From: Actinomycetes bacterium
GTDB taxonomy: Bacteria > Actinomycetota > Actinomycetes > Actinomycetales > Microbacteriaceae
Reading direction: 5' to 3'
Assembly (NCBI GenBank): GCA_023436775.1
Contig: JAEZHW010000063.1
Location: 3,710 to 67,709 of the forward strand
DNA length: 64,000 bases
This document shows, piece by piece, positions 1 through 15,321 of the stretch. Every line of letters begins with the position of its first letter. Position 1 is the stretch's first letter. Both the position numbers and the translations under genes were made by a program. Below the pieces are notes generated by a model. The model was given only the letters and a program-made list of their open reading frames with translations. It searched no databases and was not told where the DNA came from.

Positions 1-160
1 ATCCAAGCCACCATGACGGAACCTCCTGGCAAGTCTTGTCGCGTTCCGGGTACTTGACCATCGTCCGGTGGGGTCTCCAGGATCCCGGAACCAGCATGGC
101 AACGCGGCCTGGGCAATCGCTGGGCACTCCAGCGCGTCCAGGCCGCGTTGCCGGTACGAG

Positions 161-1690
161 TTACTGCTGTGCGCGCTCGAGCACGAGTTCGCGCACACGG
201 GCCGCGTCGGCCTGGCCGCCCATCGCCTTCATGACCGCGCCGATCACGGCACCGGCGGCCTGCACCTTGCCGTCACGGATCTTCTCGAGCACGTCTGGCT
301 GTGCGGCCAGCGCGGCGTCGATTGCGGCAATGAGCGCGCCATCGTCGCTGACGACCTTCAGACCACGAGCCTCGACCACCTCGGCCGGGCTACCCTCGCC
401 GGCGATCACGCCTTCGAGGACTTGGCGGGCCAGACGGTCGGTCAGTTCGCCAGCGTCGACCAGCGCCTGCAGCGCGGCGACGTGCTCCGGCGAGACCAGG
501 CTTGCCGGGTCGACCGACTCGGCGTTCGCGATGCGGGCGATCTCACCGGTCCACCACTTGCGCGCGGCGGCTGGGGTGGCGCCGGCGGCGACGGTGGCGC
601 TGACCTCGTTCAGCAGGCCCGCGTTCACCACGTCGCGGAACTCCAGGTCAGTGAAGCCCCACTCGGCCTTGAGGCGGCGGCGGCGCTGCACCGGCGGCTC
701 CGGCAGAGCAGCGCGCAGATGCTCGACCAGCTCGGCGCTCGGGGTCACCGGCAGCAGGTCCGGCTCCGGGAAGTAGCGGTAGTCATCCGCGTCCGACTTG
801 GGACGGCCAGCCGAGGTGCGGCCGGTGTCCTCGTGCCAGTGACGAGTTTCCTGCGTGATGGTGCCACCGTCGGCGAGGATCGCGGCCTGACGCTGGATCT
901 CGTACCGGACCGCACGCTCCACCGAGCGCAGCGAGTTCACGTTCTTGGTTTCGGTGCGGGTCCCCAGCGGTGCCGGTGCTTCACCCTCGGCCGCGCGCGG
1001 ACGCAGCGACACGTTCGCATCGCAACGCAGGTTGCCGCGGTCCATCCGTGCCTCAGAGATGCCCAGACCGACCACGATGTCGCGGATCATCGCGACATAG
1101 GCCTTCGCCAGTTCCGGGGCGCGACCCTCGGCACCAAAGATCGGCTTGGTCACGATCTCGACCAGCGGCACGCCGGCACGGTTCAGGTCCACCAGGGAGT
1201 ACTCGGCACCCTGAATGCGACCGGTGTCACCACCAATGTGGGTGAGCTTGCCAGCGTCCTCTTCCATGTGGGCGCGCTCGATCGGGACCACGAAGGTGCT
1301 GCCGTCCTCGAGCTCGACCTCGACCTGGCCGTCAAAGGCGATCGGCTCGTCGTACTGGCTGATCTGGTAGGCCTTCGGCAGGTCCGGGTAGAAGTAGTTC
1401 TTGCGCGCGAACCGGCTCGACGGTGCAATCTGGCAGCCGAGCGCGAGGCCCAGCGAGATCGAGTACCGCACGGCCTGCTCGTTGGCGACCGGCAGCGTGC
1501 CCGGCAGGCCGAGGCAGAGCGGGGTCACCAGCGTGTTCGGCTCGGCACCGTGACCACCGGCTGCGGCCGGGTTCGGGGCGTGCGAGAACATCTTGGTCGC
1601 GGTCGAGAGTTCGACGTGCACCTCAAAGCCGAGCACCGGCTCGAAGCGGGCAATCGCCTCGTCGAAATCCATCAGACGGTCCTTGGCCAT
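161..1690 (-). CDS. gatB: Asp/Glu-tRNA(Asn/Gln) amidotransferase subunit B
   Basis: 509-aa ORF with a full-length GatB-like sequence ([28 protein letters not shown]...). Its start overlaps the gatA stop by 1 nt, in gatC-A-B order. Confidence 0.95.
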   Translation of the reverse strand: MAKDRLMDFDEAIARFEPVLGFEVHVELSTATKMFSHAPNPAAAGGHGAEPNTLVTPLCLGLPGTLPVANEQAVRYSISLGLALGCQIAPSSRFARKNYFYPDLPKAYQISQYDEPIAFDGQVEVELEDGSTFVVPIERAHMEEDAGKLTHIGGDTGRIQGAEYSLVDLNRAGVPLVEIVTKPIFGAEGRAPELAKAYVAMIRDIVVGLGISEARMDRGNLRCDANVSLRPRAAEGEAPAPLGTRTETKNVNSLRSVERAVRYEIQRQAAILADGGTITQETRHWHEDTGRTSAGRPKSDADDYRYFPEPDLLPVTPSAELVEHLRAALPEPPVQRRRRLKAEWGFTDLEFRDVVNAGLLNEVSATVAAGATPAAARKWWTGEIARIANAESVDPASLVSPEHVAALQALVDAGELTDRLARQVLEGVIAGEGSPAEVVEARGLKVVSDDGALIAAIDAALAAQPDVLEKIRDGKVQAAGAVIGAVMKAMGGQADAARVRELVLERAQQ

Positions 1691-3219
1691 CAGTTCGATC
1701 CTCCCTCGATGGCGGCGAGGCCGGTGGCGCGGGCCACCAGCGTCTCGCCCAGCTCGTCAGCCAGCAGCGCTTCAATCGCGGCACCGGCGCGGTACAGTCG
1801 CGCGTCCTGCTTGGCCGGGGCCAGCAACTGCAGACCGACTGGCAGTCCATCCTCGGCGGCCAGACCGATCGGCAGGCTCATGCCGGGCACGCCCGCCAGG
1901 TTTGCCGGGATCGTGGTCAGGTCGTTCAGGTACATCGCCAGTGGGTCGTCGATGCGCTCGCCAATCTTGAACGCGGTCGTCGGCGCGGTCGGGCTGATCA
2001 GCACGTCGGCCTGTGCGAAGGCGTCGTCGAAGTCGCGCTGAATCAGGGTGCGCACCTTCTGGGCGCTGCCGTAGTACGCGTCGTAGTAGCCACTGGAGAG
2101 GGCGTAGGTGCCCAGGATGATGCGGCGCTTCACCTCGGGGCCGAAGCCGGCCTCGCGGGTCGCTGCCATCACCTGCTCGATGGTGCCGCCACCGTCCGGT
2201 TCGACGCGCAGGCCGAAGCGGACCGAGTCGAAGCGGGCCAGGTTGCTGGAGGCTTCGGCGGGCAGGATCAGGTAGTACGCCTCGATCGCGTACTCGAAGT
2301 TCGGTGCGCTGACCTCGACGATCTCGGCACCGGCCGCAGCCAACTGCTCGAGGCGCTGCTGGAACAGGTCCTTAACGCCGGCCTGGAAGCCGGGCTGGTT
2401 CAGTTCCTTGACCACGCCGACGCGGACACCAGCCAGCGAGCCGGAGGCGCGACCCTCACGGGCGGCGGCGGTCATGCTCGGCCAGGCCTCCGGAATCGAG
2501 GTGGCATCCAGCGGGTCGTGCCCGGCGATGACGTCGTGCAGCAGCGCAGCGTCCACGACGGTGCGCGCTGCCGGGCCAATCTGGTCGAGCGAAGAGGCGA
2601 GCGCGATCAGGCCATTGCGCGAGACGGCACCGTAGGTCGGCTTGACGCCGACGGTGCCGGTGACGGCTGCGGGCTGGCGGATCGAGCCACCGGTGTCCGA
2701 GCCGAGGGCAAACGGCGCCTCGAAGGCGGCCACGGCAGCCGAGGAGCCACCGCCGGAACCACCGGGAATCCGGTCCAGGTCCCACGGGTTGCGGCTCGGG
2801 CCGAAAGCGGAGTGTTCGGTGGACGAACCCATCGCGAACTCATCGAGGTTGGTCTTGCCGAGCGAGATCAGACCAGCACCGGCGAGGCGCTGGGTCACGG
2901 TCGCGTCGTACGGCGGGATCCAGCCCTCGAGGATGCGGGATGCGGCCGTGGTGGCGACGCCCTTGGTGACGATGTTGTCCTTGATCGCCACCGGCACGCC
3001 GTCGAGTTCACCACGGGCCTGGCCTGCGGCGCGGCGCTCGTCGGCAGCTTCGGCCTCAGCCAGGGCGCGCTCGGGGGTGACGGCGAGGAAGGCGTGCACG
3101 GCACCGTCCACGGCGGCGATGCGGTCGAGGTGCGCCAGGGTCAGTTCGACGCTGGAGACTTCACCGGCGGCGAGGGCAGCAGCCTGCGCCTCGGCACTCT
3201 GACGAATCAATTCGCTCAC
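1690..3219 (-). CDS. gatA: Asp/Glu-tRNA(Asn/Gln) amidotransferase subunit A
   Basis: 509-aa ORF of the amidase family ([24 protein letters not shown]). The GTG start overlaps the gatC stop (GTGA). Confidence 0.95.
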   Translation of the reverse strand: MSELIRQSAEAQAAALAAGEVSSVELTLAHLDRIAAVDGAVHAFLAVTPERALAEAEAADERRAAGQARGELDGVPVAIKDNIVTKGVATTAASRILEGWIPPYDATVTQRLAGAGLISLGKTNLDEFAMGSSTEHSAFGPSRNPWDLDRIPGGSGGGSSAAVAAFEAPFALGSDTGGSIRQPAAVTGTVGVKPTYGAVSRNGLIALASSLDQIGPAARTVVDAALLHDVIAGHDPLDATSIPEAWPSMTAAAREGRASGSLAGVRVGVVKELNQPGFQAGVKDLFQQRLEQLAAAGAEIVEVSAPNFEYAIEAYYLILPAEASSNLARFDSVRFGLRVEPDGGGTIEQVMAATREAGFGPEVKRRIILGTYALSSGYYDAYYGSAQKVRTLIQRDFDDAFAQADVLISPTAPTTAFKIGERIDDPLAMYLNDLTTIPANLAGVPGMSLPIGLAAEDGLPVGLQLLAPAKQDARLYRAGAAIEALLADELGETLVARATGLAAIEGGSN

Positions 3220-3515
3220 TGCTCCTCCCCCAGGATTGCGCTGACGCGGAACCGGCCGCCGTCGTGGTCGGGAGCGCCGGACACTGCCTGCTCGGCGGTC
3301 AGCGTCTCGCCCGGGACGTCCACGCGCAGACCGCCCGACATCGGGATCGGGTGGCTGGTGGCGGGAATGTCCGGCGTGGCCACTTCACGCACGCGCGAGA
3401 CGGCCGAAGCAATTCGGTCGAGCTCGCCGGCGAAGCGCTCGACTTCCTCGTCGGTCAGGGCGATTCGGGAGAGCCCGGCCAGATGCCGCACAGTCTCCGG
3501 GGTGATCTCAGACAT
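3216..3515 (-). CDS. gatC: Asp/Glu-tRNA(Asn/Gln) amidotransferase subunit C
   Basis: Internal ATG of the 172-aa ORF gives a 99-aa GatC-sized protein ([33 protein letters not shown]...). The upstream extension is Arg-rich and unlikely to be coding. Confidence 0.9.
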   Translation of the reverse strand: MSEITPETVRHLAGLSRIALTDEEVERFAGELDRIASAVSRVREVATPDIPATSHPIPMSGGLRVDVPGETLTAEQAVSGAPDHDGGRFRVSAILGEEQ

Positions 3516-3782
3516 GGCTTCCTTCGCGCGCGCACAGAGCGCTCCAAGACGGCGGGGGACGGTATCCGATCCTAGCGCGTGGGCGCTGGAGTCCTGCCCG
3601 GGATGGCGTCGTCCGAAACGATACTGAGACGGCCGGTGCTGCGCAGACATTGACTTTTCTGGAACGTCAGAACGGAAACATCTCCCCATGCGTATTTCGC
3701 GATCCAACGAGCCTGCCGCGTTTCTGAGACACACTCGCGGTTCGCGACATTCCTAGAGCAGAGCCTCTGCGACGAAAGGGCA

Positions 3783-4046
3783 ATGATGACCACGAATCAA
3801 CGACTCCTGCCAACGGTGGCAACGGTCCTGCTGCTGGGAATTGGATTGACGGGCTGCGGCCAGGATGCGGTGCCGACGCCTTGCGGCCCGGCTCAGGACG
3901 GTGAAATGCACATCCTGCCGGTGGAACCCAGCTGCCTGCCGCCCGAGGAGGACCCGAACGGTCCGGCGGTGTCGGGACCAGCAGTGTCGGGTCCGGCAGT
4001 ATCGCTGCCCGCGCCCGGGGAGACCCGTCCAGCCCAGAAGGGCTAG
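3783..4046 (+). CDS. small putative lipoprotein
   Basis: 87-aa ORF with signal peptide plus lipobox (LLLGIGLTGC) and a Pro-rich tail with a GPAVS x3 repeat. I recognise no family. Confidence 0.45.
   Translation: MMTTNQRLLPTVATVLLLGIGLTGCGQDAVPTPCGPAQDGEMHILPVEPSCLPPEEDPNGPAVSGPAVSGPAVSLPAPGETRPAQKG
3960..4004 (+). repeat. in-frame 15-nt tandem repeat (GPAVS x3)
   Basis: ggtccggcggtgtcg / ggaccagcagtgtcg / ggtccggcagtatcg within the small lipoprotein ORF. Confidence 0.8.
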
Positions 4047-4054
4047 TCGAACCG

Positions 4055-6343
<2,289 letters not shown>

Positions 6344-6399
6344 CTATTGCCGGGTACCGACCTTGGTATCGGCTCGCAGCGGACTGTCTGCTGCCGCGA

Positions 6400-7560
6400 T
6401 TATGCCGAGGCGGTGGCTGCGACCCCCGAGACGGTGCGGTCGATGGTGCACTGCCCCAGTACGCGCGTGCCCTGGTACAGCACCGCTGACTGTCCGAGCG
6501 CGACACCAAGCAGCGGCTCGACCGGGTCAATGACGAGTTCCGGTACCAGGTCATCGGTCGGCAAGGGCTCACCATCGCGGCCGTGCGCCACCATCTCGAC
6601 ACGGGCCCGAGCCGGTACCGGATCCGCGTGCGCGCGGATCTGCACCAGGCAGTCGAACGATTCGGTGACATCCATCGGCGGAGTGCCCGCCCAGGAAATG
6701 CGCTGGCCGGTCAGTCGCGTGACGGCCAGGGCCTCCTTCGGTCCGACCACGACCGTGTTGTCCTTGGGTCGGATCTCCAGCACGAAGCGCGGGCGACCGT
6801 CCGGGGCGGGGCGCCCGAGCGCGAGACCGCGACGCTGGCCGACGGTGTAGCCGTGTGCGCCGGTGTGCTCACCCACCGGCTCGCCGTTGAGGTCCACGAT
6901 CTGACCCGGCTCGGTGCCGAGCTTGTCGTTCAGCCAGCCCCGAGTATCGCCGTCCGGAATGAAGCAGATGTCGTGACTGTCCGGCTTCTGGGCGATGCGG
7001 ATGCCGCGGGCTTCCGCCTCGGCCCGCACCTCGGCCTTACTCGAGACATCACCGAGCGGGAAGTAGCAGTGCCGCAGTTGCTCGGTGGTGAGCACACCGA
7101 GCACGTAGCTCTGGTCCTTGGCCCAGGCGCCGGCGCGGTGCAGCACGGGGTCGCCGGCCGAGTCATGCTCGACCCGGGCGTAGTGGCCGGTCGCCACGGC
7201 ATCGAAGCCGAGGGCGATGGCCCGGTCCAGCAGCGCAGCAAACTTGATGCGCTCGTTGCAGCGCAGGCACGGGTTTGGGGTGCGGCCAGCAGCGTATTCG
7301 GCGACGAAGTCATCGACGACTTCCTCGCTGAAGCGCTCCGAGAAGTCCCAGACATAGAAGGGGATGCCGAGCATGTCGGCGACCCGACGCGCATCCATCG
7401 CATCCTCGATGGTGCAGCAGCCACGGCTCCCCGTGCGCAGCGTGCCGGGCATACGGCTCAACGCCAGGTGCACGCCAATGACCTCGTGCCCGGCCTCGAC
7501 GGTGCGCGCGGCCGCAACGGCGCTATCGACGCCACCGCTCATCGCTGCCAGAACTCGCAT
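6400..7560 (-). CDS. mnmA: tRNA 2-thiouridine(34) synthase
   Basis: 386-aa ORF with an N-terminal PP-loop ([17 protein letters not shown]) and an MnmA-like sequence throughout. Confidence 0.95.
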   Translation of the reverse strand: MRVLAAMSGGVDSAVAAARTVEAGHEVIGVHLALSRMPGTLRTGSRGCCTIEDAMDARRVADMLGIPFYVWDFSERFSEEVVDDFVAEYAAGRTPNPCLRCNERIKFAALLDRAIALGFDAVATGHYARVEHDSAGDPVLHRAGAWAKDQSYVLGVLTTEQLRHCYFPLGDVSSKAEVRAEAEARGIRIAQKPDSHDICFIPDGDTRGWLNDKLGTEPGQIVDLNGEPVGEHTGAHGYTVGQRRGLALGRPAPDGRPRFVLEIRPKDNTVVVGPKEALAVTRLTGQRISWAGTPPMDVTESFDCLVQIRAHADPVPARARVEMVAHGRDGEPLPTDDLVPELVIDPVEPLLGVALGQSAVLYQGTRVLGQCTIDRTVSGVAATASA

Positions 7561-7626
7561 CCCACCATTATCCGCCCACCCGCCTGCAGAAACCCAGGGG
7601 GCGCGGATCCATCGGACGAACAGCCG

Positions 7627-8847
7627 CTAGCGCGCGGCAGCGCGGGCGCGCGCGACCGCCTCAGGCAGCGCCGCAAGGAATGCGTCCACCTGATCGAGGG
7701 TGTTCCCGGCGCCGTAGGTGATGCGCAGCGCCGCGCGTGCGGTCACCTCGTCGCAGCCCATGGCCAGCAGCACCGTCGAGGCCTCGGCAACACCGGCAGT
7801 GCAGGCCGAGCCCTGCGAGACGGCAAACCCGGCCGCATCCAGCAGGAACTGCAGCGATTCGCCATCAACGCCGGGGACGGTCACATGCACGTTGCCTGGC
7901 ACGCGGCCCTCCACCTGCTCCCCCGCAGCGACCGCACCGAGCACCATACCCGCATCCAGCCGCTCCCCGGGGTCTGCCCCGCGCAGCACTGCATCCGGCA
8001 CCAGCTCGCGGATGCCCGCGATGGTACGGTCCCGCAGCGCCCGCAGCTGGGCCGCGTGGGCTTCGAGGTCTTGCACCGCCGCGACCGTCGCCGCCGCAAA
8101 TGCCGCCACCGAGGCGGCATCCACCGTCCCCGATCGCAGCCGACGCTGCTGACCACCACCATGCAGGAGCGGCTCGACCGTGACGTCTCGCCGCAGCAGC
8201 AGTGCCCCGGTGCCGACCGGCCCGCCGACCTTGTGTCCGGAAACGCTCATCGCGGCCAGACCGGTGCCACCGAAGCGGACCGGCACACTGCCGAGCGCTG
8301 CCACCGCGTCCGAATGCGTGGGCACGCCATATTCGGCGGCCAGGCGCGCGACCTCCGCCACGGGCTGCACCGTGCCGACCTCATTGTTCGCCCAGATCAG
8401 ACTGAGCAGCGCGACGCGCTCACCGTGCTCCCGCAACGCCGTCTCGAGTGCGGACAGGTCGATGCGAGCATGCTCGTCCACCGGCAGCCAGATCGGCTGC
8501 GCCCCCTGCCGCTGCTCGAGCCATTCGATGGTGTCCGCGGTGGCGTGGTGCTCGCCGCCAGGCGCCAGGATGATCGGGCGGGCCTGGTCACGCTGCCGGG
8601 ACCAGTACAGACCCTTGATGGCGGTATTGATCGCCTCGGTGCCGCCACTGGTGAACAGCACCTCCACCGGGGTGGCGTCAACCACGGCGGCGATCTGCTC
8701 GCGCGCCTCCTCGACCACACTGAGCATCGCCCGGCCTGCGGAATGGATCGAGTGCGGGTTCCCGACCATGGCTGTGGTGCGCAGCCACGCGTCGCGAGCC
8801 TCGGCTCGCATCGGCGTCGTCGCCGCGTGGTCGAAATAGATCACCAT
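7627..8847 (-). CDS. cysteine desulfurase (NifS/IscS class V aminotransferase)
   Basis: Sequence reads MVIYFDHAATTP..., with SGHKVGGP (PLP lysine) and SQGSACTAG (active-site Cys). ATG at 8847 is preceded by GAGGGAG; the ORF extends to 8886. Adjacent to mnmA, a known sulfur-relay pairing. Confidence 0.9.
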   Translation of the reverse strand: MVIYFDHAATTPMRAEARDAWLRTTAMVGNPHSIHSAGRAMLSVVEEAREQIAAVVDATPVEVLFTSGGTEAINTAIKGLYWSRQRDQARPIILAPGGEHHATADTIEWLEQRQGAQPIWLPVDEHARIDLSALETALREHGERVALLSLIWANNEVGTVQPVAEVARLAAEYGVPTHSDAVAALGSVPVRFGGTGLAAMSVSGHKVGGPVGTGALLLRRDVTVEPLLHGGGQQRRLRSGTVDAASVAAFAAATVAAVQDLEAHAAQLRALRDRTIAGIRELVPDAVLRGADPGERLDAGMVLGAVAAGEQVEGRVPGNVHVTVPGVDGESLQFLLDAAGFAVSQGSACTAGVAEASTVLLAMGCDEVTARAALRITYGAGNTLDQVDAFLAALPEAVARARAAAR

Positions 8848-8936
8848 GGTCGCTCCCTCGGCGCCGTCCGCGAGCGCCGTACCCAACCACGCTACCTGGC
8901 TCAGGCACTAGTAACACGACGGATACTTTGGGTCAC

Positions 8937-8942
8937 TACTGT
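8937..8942 (+). promoter_or_regulatory. -10 hexamer TACTGT, 7 nt before the glgX ATG (leaderless geometry)
   Basis: TANNNT motif, no SD, start codon 7 nt downstream. Confidence 0.4.
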
Positions 8943-8949
8943 TGATCGC

Positions 8950-11019
<2,070 letters not shown>

Positions 11020-11029
11020 CGGCATCCGG

Positions 11030-11035
11030 TAGCGT
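11030..11035 (+). promoter_or_regulatory. -10 hexamer TAGCGT, 7 nt before the glgE ATG at 11043
   Basis: TANNNT located 11 nt after the glgX stop. It suggests a leaderless glgE start at 11043 rather than the GTG at 11034. Confidence 0.3.
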
Positions 11036-11042
11036 GCAGTCC

Positions 11043-13076
11043 ATGACGTATGTGCTCCCCGATCGCGACCCGCTGTATGGCCGGATCCCGGTGACCGACC
11101 CGTCGCCGCTGGTGGACGGGGGCCTTCGGCCCGCAAAGGCGTACGCCGGGGAGGTCATCCCCTTCGCCGCGACCGTCTTCCGCGAGGGACACGATCGGAT
11201 CGGCGCCGAGCTGCGACTGACCGACCCCAGCGGCCACGAGCGCCTGCTGCGGATGCACATGCCAATCCCCGGCACCGACCGCTACCAACGCCTCGTCCGC
11301 CTCGACCAGGAGGGCATCTGGACCTTCCGCGTGGAGGCCTGGGCGGACGACTGGGCCACCTGGCTGCACGCGGCCGAGGTGAAGATCCCGGCGGGCCTCG
11401 ACGTCGAGGTGACCCTGCTGCTCGGTGCCGAACTGCTGGAGCGCGCCGCGGCCGAGACCGACCGACCAGACGCGGAGCGCGCGCTGCTCTTGAGCACTGC
11501 CAAGACCGTCCGATCCGGTCGAACCCCGGCACTGGCCCGCTTCGAAGCTGCCACTGCCGAACCGGTCTGGCAGGCACTGTCGGATCGCCCGCTGCGTCGC
11601 CTGCTCACCATCGGCCGCGAGGCCCAGGTTGAGGTGGAGCGCACCCGGGCAGGGCTCGGCGCCTGGTATGAACTCTTCCCGCGATCCGAAGGCGCAGTAC
11701 AAGCCAAGGACGGCTCCTGGAAGTCCGGCACCTTCCGCACCGCGGCCAAGCGGCTCGCTGGCGTGGCCGAGATGGGCTTCGATGTGGTCTACCTGCCGCC
11801 GATCCACCCCATCGGAGAACAACACCGCAAGGGCGCGAACAACTCGCTCAACGCCAAGCCCGGCGAGCCCGGCTCGCCATGGGCGGTGGGCGGCCCGGCC
11901 GGTGGCCACGATGCGGTGCACCCGGATCTCGGCAGCCTCGCCGATTTCGACTACTTCGTGGCGACCGCGCGCAAGCACCACCTCGAGGTAGCCCTGGACT
12001 TGGCATTGCAGGCCTCACCGGATCATCCCTGGGTGAAGGAGCACCCGGAATGGTTCACCGCCCTGCCAGATGGCACGATCGCCTACGCAGAAAACCCGCC
12101 GAAGAAGTATCAAGACATCTATCCGCTGAACTTCGATAACGATCCGCAGGGCCTGGGCAACGAGGTACTGCGCATCGTGCGGTTCTGGGCCGAGCGCGGG
12201 ATCCGGATTTTCCGCGTCGACAACCCCCACACCAAGCCGATCGCATTCTGGGAGTGGCTGATTGCCAGCGCTCGGGCCGAGTTCCCGGACCTGGTGTTCC
12301 TGGCCGAGGCATTCACCCGGCCGGCGATGCTGCATGGCCTGGCCAAGATTGGCTTCCAGCAGAGTTACAACTACTTCGCCTGGCGCAACACCAAAGCCGA
12401 GCTCACCGACTACCTCACCGAGCTCAGCCGCGGCACCGAAGGTGCCCCCGACAAGCCGCGGGGCTCGGCGGATTTCCTCCGCCCCGCGCTCTGGGTGAAC
12501 ACCCCAGACATCCTCACCGAGTACCTGCAATTCGGTGGCCGCCCCGCGTACAAGGTGCGCGCGGCAATTGCCGCAACCGCGGCACCGACCTGGGGCATGT
12601 ACGCCGGCTACGAGTTGGTTGAGAACGTGGCTCGACCTGGCTCGGAGGAGAATATCGACAACGAGAAGTACCAGTACCGGCCACGGAACTGGGCCCGAGC
12701 CGAAAAGCTGGGCGTCAGCCTCGCCCCGTACATCACGGTGCTGAATCGGGCCCGCCGGGCCCACCCGGCGCTGCAGCAGTTGCGCAACCTGCGCTTCCAC
12801 TGGTCCGACGATGATCAGGTACTGGTCTACAGCAAGTATTTGGCCGCCGAGCACAGTCCGACCGGGGTCGCGGACACGATCATCGTGGTGGCCAACTTGG
12901 ACCCGCACGCTGTGCGGGAGACGACCGTGCACCTGGATATGCCAGAACTGCACCTACCGGACCACTTCCGGGTCCGCGACCTGATCACCGGCGCCGAGTG
13001 GCAGTGGGGCGCCCACAACTTCGTGCATCTGGACCCCTTCCAGGAGCCCGTCCACGTTCTGGAGGTCCTGCGATGA
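11043..13076 (+). CDS. glgE: alpha-1,4-glucan:maltose-1-phosphate maltosyltransferase
   Basis: About 678-aa GlgE-like sequence (LYGRIPVTDPSPLVDGG..PAKAYAGEVIPFAATVFREGHD; FRVDNPHTKP). An alternative GTG start lies at 11034. The stop overlaps the glgB ATG (ATGA). Confidence 0.9.
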   Translation: MTYVLPDRDPLYGRIPVTDPSPLVDGGLRPAKAYAGEVIPFAATVFREGHDRIGAELRLTDPSGHERLLRMHMPIPGTDRYQRLVRLDQEGIWTFRVEAWADDWATWLHAAEVKIPAGLDVEVTLLLGAELLERAAAETDRPDAERALLLSTAKTVRSGRTPALARFEAATAEPVWQALSDRPLRRLLTIGREAQVEVERTRAGLGAWYELFPRSEGAVQAKDGSWKSGTFRTAAKRLAGVAEMGFDVVYLPPIHPIGEQHRKGANNSLNAKPGEPGSPWAVGGPAGGHDAVHPDLGSLADFDYFVATARKHHLEVALDLALQASPDHPWVKEHPEWFTALPDGTIAYAENPPKKYQDIYPLNFDNDPQGLGNEVLRIVRFWAERGIRIFRVDNPHTKPIAFWEWLIASARAEFPDLVFLAEAFTRPAMLHGLAKIGFQQSYNYFAWRNTKAELTDYLTELSRGTEGAPDKPRGSADFLRPALWVNTPDILTEYLQFGGRPAYKVRAAIAATAAPTWGMYAGYELVENVARPGSEENIDNEKYQYRPRNWARAEKLGVSLAPYITVLNRARRAHPALQQLRNLRFHWSDDDQVLVYSKYLAAEHSPTGVADTIIVVANLDPHAVRETTVHLDMPELHLPDHFRVRDLITGAEWQWGAHNFVHLDPFQEPVHVLEVLR

Positions 13077-15271
13077 CGCCGCTGACGAGTCACCCGCTCA
13101 CGCTGAGCCAGGACGAGCTCGTCAGCCTTGCCGAGGGTCGGCACGCACACCCGCACCACGTCTTGGGAGCCCACCCAGTGCCCACCACGGGTCGCAACCG
13201 TGCGAACACCCTGATCCGGGTGGTTCGTCCACTCGCCGAGGCGGTGCTCGCCATCCTCCCCGACGGCGTGGAAACGCCCCTGGCACACGAGGGACACGGC
13301 ATCTGGTCCGGCCTGGCCAACGGTGCGGTCAGCGCGTATCGCATTCGCGCCCGCTACAGCGACGGCAACGAGTGGGAAGACGAAGACCCATACCGCTTCC
13401 CGGTGAGCCTCGGGGAACTGGACCTCTACCTGATCGATGAGGGTCGGCATGAGCAGCTCTGGCAGGTGCTGGGTGCCCACGTGCGCACCATCGAGGGGGT
13501 GACCGGGGTCAGCTTCTCGGTCTGGGCGCCACGAGCGACCGCAGTGCAGGTCCTCGGCGACTTCAACAACTGGGACGGCGGCCGACACGCGATGCGTCGA
13601 CTGCCTGGCGTCGGTGTCTGGGAACTGTTTGTGCCAGGCCTGCACGCCGGAGCGCTGTACAAGTTCAACATCCTCGGTGCGGACGGCCACTGGCACAAGA
13701 AGGCTGATCCGATGGCGCAGGCCACTGAGGCCCCGCCCGCGACTGCCAGCCGAGTGTGGGAGAGCCGCTACCAGTGGAATGACAGCGACTGGCTGGCCTC
13801 GCGCGCGGCCCAGAATCCACACCTGGGCCCCATGAGCGTGTACGAAATGCACCTGGGCTCGTGGCGGCCGGGGCTGGGCTATCGCGAACTGGCGGAACAG
13901 CTCATCGACTATCTGCTGGAACTCGGCAGCACCCACGTGGAATTCCTGCCGCTGGCCGAGCACCCCTACGGCCCAAGTTGGGGCTACCAGGTCAGCGGCT
14001 ACTACGCCCCAACCGCGCGCTTCGGCAATCCGGACGACCTGAAGTACCTCATCGATCGCCTGCACCAGGCTGGCATCGGCGTGATCATGGACTGGGTGCC
14101 GGGGCACTTCCCCAAGGATGAATTTGCGCTCGCCCGCTTCGACGGCGCCCCACTGTACGAGCACCCGGATCCGCGGCGAGGCGAGCACATGGACTGGGGC
14201 ACGCTGATTTTTGACTACGGACAGCCACAGGTGCGCAACTTCCTGGTCGCCAACGCACTGTACTGGCTCGAAGAGTTCCACGTCGATGGCCTGCGTGTGG
14301 ACGCGGTGGCCTCGATGCTCTACCTTGACTACTCCCGCAATCCCGGGGAGTGGGAGCCCAACGTGCACGGGGGCCGCGAAAACCTGGAGGCGATCGCATT
14401 CCTGCAGGAGGTCAATGCCACTGCCTACAAGCGCAACCCCGGCATCGTGATGATCGCGGAAGAATCCACCGCCTTCCCCGGCGTCACAGCTCCCACCAGC
14501 AGTGGCGGCCTCGGCTTCGGCCTGAAGTGGAACATGGGCTGGATGAACGACTCCCTGTCGTACATCGAGCACGACCCGCTCTACCGCTCGCACCACCACG
14601 GCAACCTGACACATACCCTCAGTTACGCCTTCTCGGAACAGTTCCTGCTGCCGATCAGTCATGACGAGGTCGTGCACGGCAAGCGCTCGCTGCTCGGCAA
14701 AATGCCGGGTGATGCCTGGCAACAACACGCGAACGCACGAGCCTTCCTGGCGTATATGTGGGCGTATCCGGGCAAGCAGTTGCTGTTCATGGGTCAGGAA
14801 TTTGGCCAACGCAGCGAGTGGGGTTCAGACCGAGCTCTGGACTGGTGGCAGCTCGACCAGCCTGCCGCGGCCGGCCTGCTGCGCCTCGTGGGGCAGCTCA
14901 ACCGGCTCTACCGCGAGCACGAGGCGCTCTGGAGCCGCGATGCCGACGCCCATGCCTTCGAATGGCTCGACGCCTCCTCGGCCGAGCACAGCACACTGGC
15001 CTTCCTGCGCCGCGGTCAGAGCACACAGCCGGTGGTCGCCATCGTGAACTTTTCGGGCCGCCCACTCACGGACTATCGGGTGGGTCTGCCGCACCGCGGC
15101 CCCTGGCGGGAAATCCTCAACACGGATGCCGCCGAGTTCGGCGGTTCCGGCGTGGGGAACTTGGGCACGGTGACCGCCGAGGACGTGCCCTGGGCCGGGC
15201 GCGATGCGAGCGCAGCGCTGACCGTGCCGCCGCTGGGAGCGATCTGGCTGACGCACGCCTCGTCGTCGTAG
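13073..15271 (+). CDS. glgB: 1,4-alpha-glucan branching enzyme
   Basis: 732 aa from an internal ATG (MTPLTSHPLTLSQDELVSLAEGRHAHPHHVLGAHP), GH13 branching-enzyme motifs (DWVPGHF, GLRVDAVASMLY, IAEESTAF). Confidence 0.93.
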   Translation: MTPLTSHPLTLSQDELVSLAEGRHAHPHHVLGAHPVPTTGRNRANTLIRVVRPLAEAVLAILPDGVETPLAHEGHGIWSGLANGAVSAYRIRARYSDGNEWEDEDPYRFPVSLGELDLYLIDEGRHEQLWQVLGAHVRTIEGVTGVSFSVWAPRATAVQVLGDFNNWDGGRHAMRRLPGVGVWELFVPGLHAGALYKFNILGADGHWHKKADPMAQATEAPPATASRVWESRYQWNDSDWLASRAAQNPHLGPMSVYEMHLGSWRPGLGYRELAEQLIDYLLELGSTHVEFLPLAEHPYGPSWGYQVSGYYAPTARFGNPDDLKYLIDRLHQAGIGVIMDWVPGHFPKDEFALARFDGAPLYEHPDPRRGEHMDWGTLIFDYGQPQVRNFLVANALYWLEEFHVDGLRVDAVASMLYLDYSRNPGEWEPNVHGGRENLEAIAFLQEVNATAYKRNPGIVMIAEESTAFPGVTAPTSSGGLGFGLKWNMGWMNDSLSYIEHDPLYRSHHHGNLTHTLSYAFSEQFLLPISHDEVVHGKRSLLGKMPGDAWQQHANARAFLAYMWAYPGKQLLFMGQEFGQRSEWGSDRALDWWQLDQPAAAGLLRLVGQLNRLYREHEALWSRDADAHAFEWLDASSAEHSTLAFLRRGQSTQPVVAIVNFSGRPLTDYRVGLPHRGPWREILNTDAAEFGGSGVGNLGTVTAEDVPWAGRDASAALTVPPLGAIWLTHASSS

Positions 15272-15289
15272 GCGCGGACAATGCGCACC

Positions 15290-15309
15290 GTGCGGGCCGC
15301 AGCCCGCGC
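15290..15309. terminator. hairpin between convergent glgB and the thioredoxin-TPR gene
   Basis: GTGCGGGC-cgca-GCCCGCGC, an 8-bp stem with one G-U pair and no clear U tract. Confidence 0.35.
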
Positions 15310-15321
15310 CGCTGCCCGCGG

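Noticed and set aside
68-3627. Long plus-strand ORFs (68-2041, 1423-3627) over gatB/gatA.
   Set aside because: They are mirror frames of bona fide gatCAB genes, with Arg/Gly-rich translations. High-GC artefacts.
3960-4004. Short tandem repeats (here, at 26515-26568 and at 39078-39375) as possible CRISPR or minisatellite loci.
   Set aside because: All are in-frame 15-nt or degenerate coding repeats inside ORFs, without spacers. They are not CRISPR arrays.
6583-8949. N-terminal ~790 aa of the 1478-aa plus-strand ORF that ends as glgX.
   Set aside because: It runs antisense to the clearly real mnmA and cysteine desulfurase genes. The translation is Arg/Gly/Ala/His-rich junk with no domain. The real GlgX N terminus starts at the ATG at 8950 with its own -10. 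This is a typical high-GC open-frame artefact.
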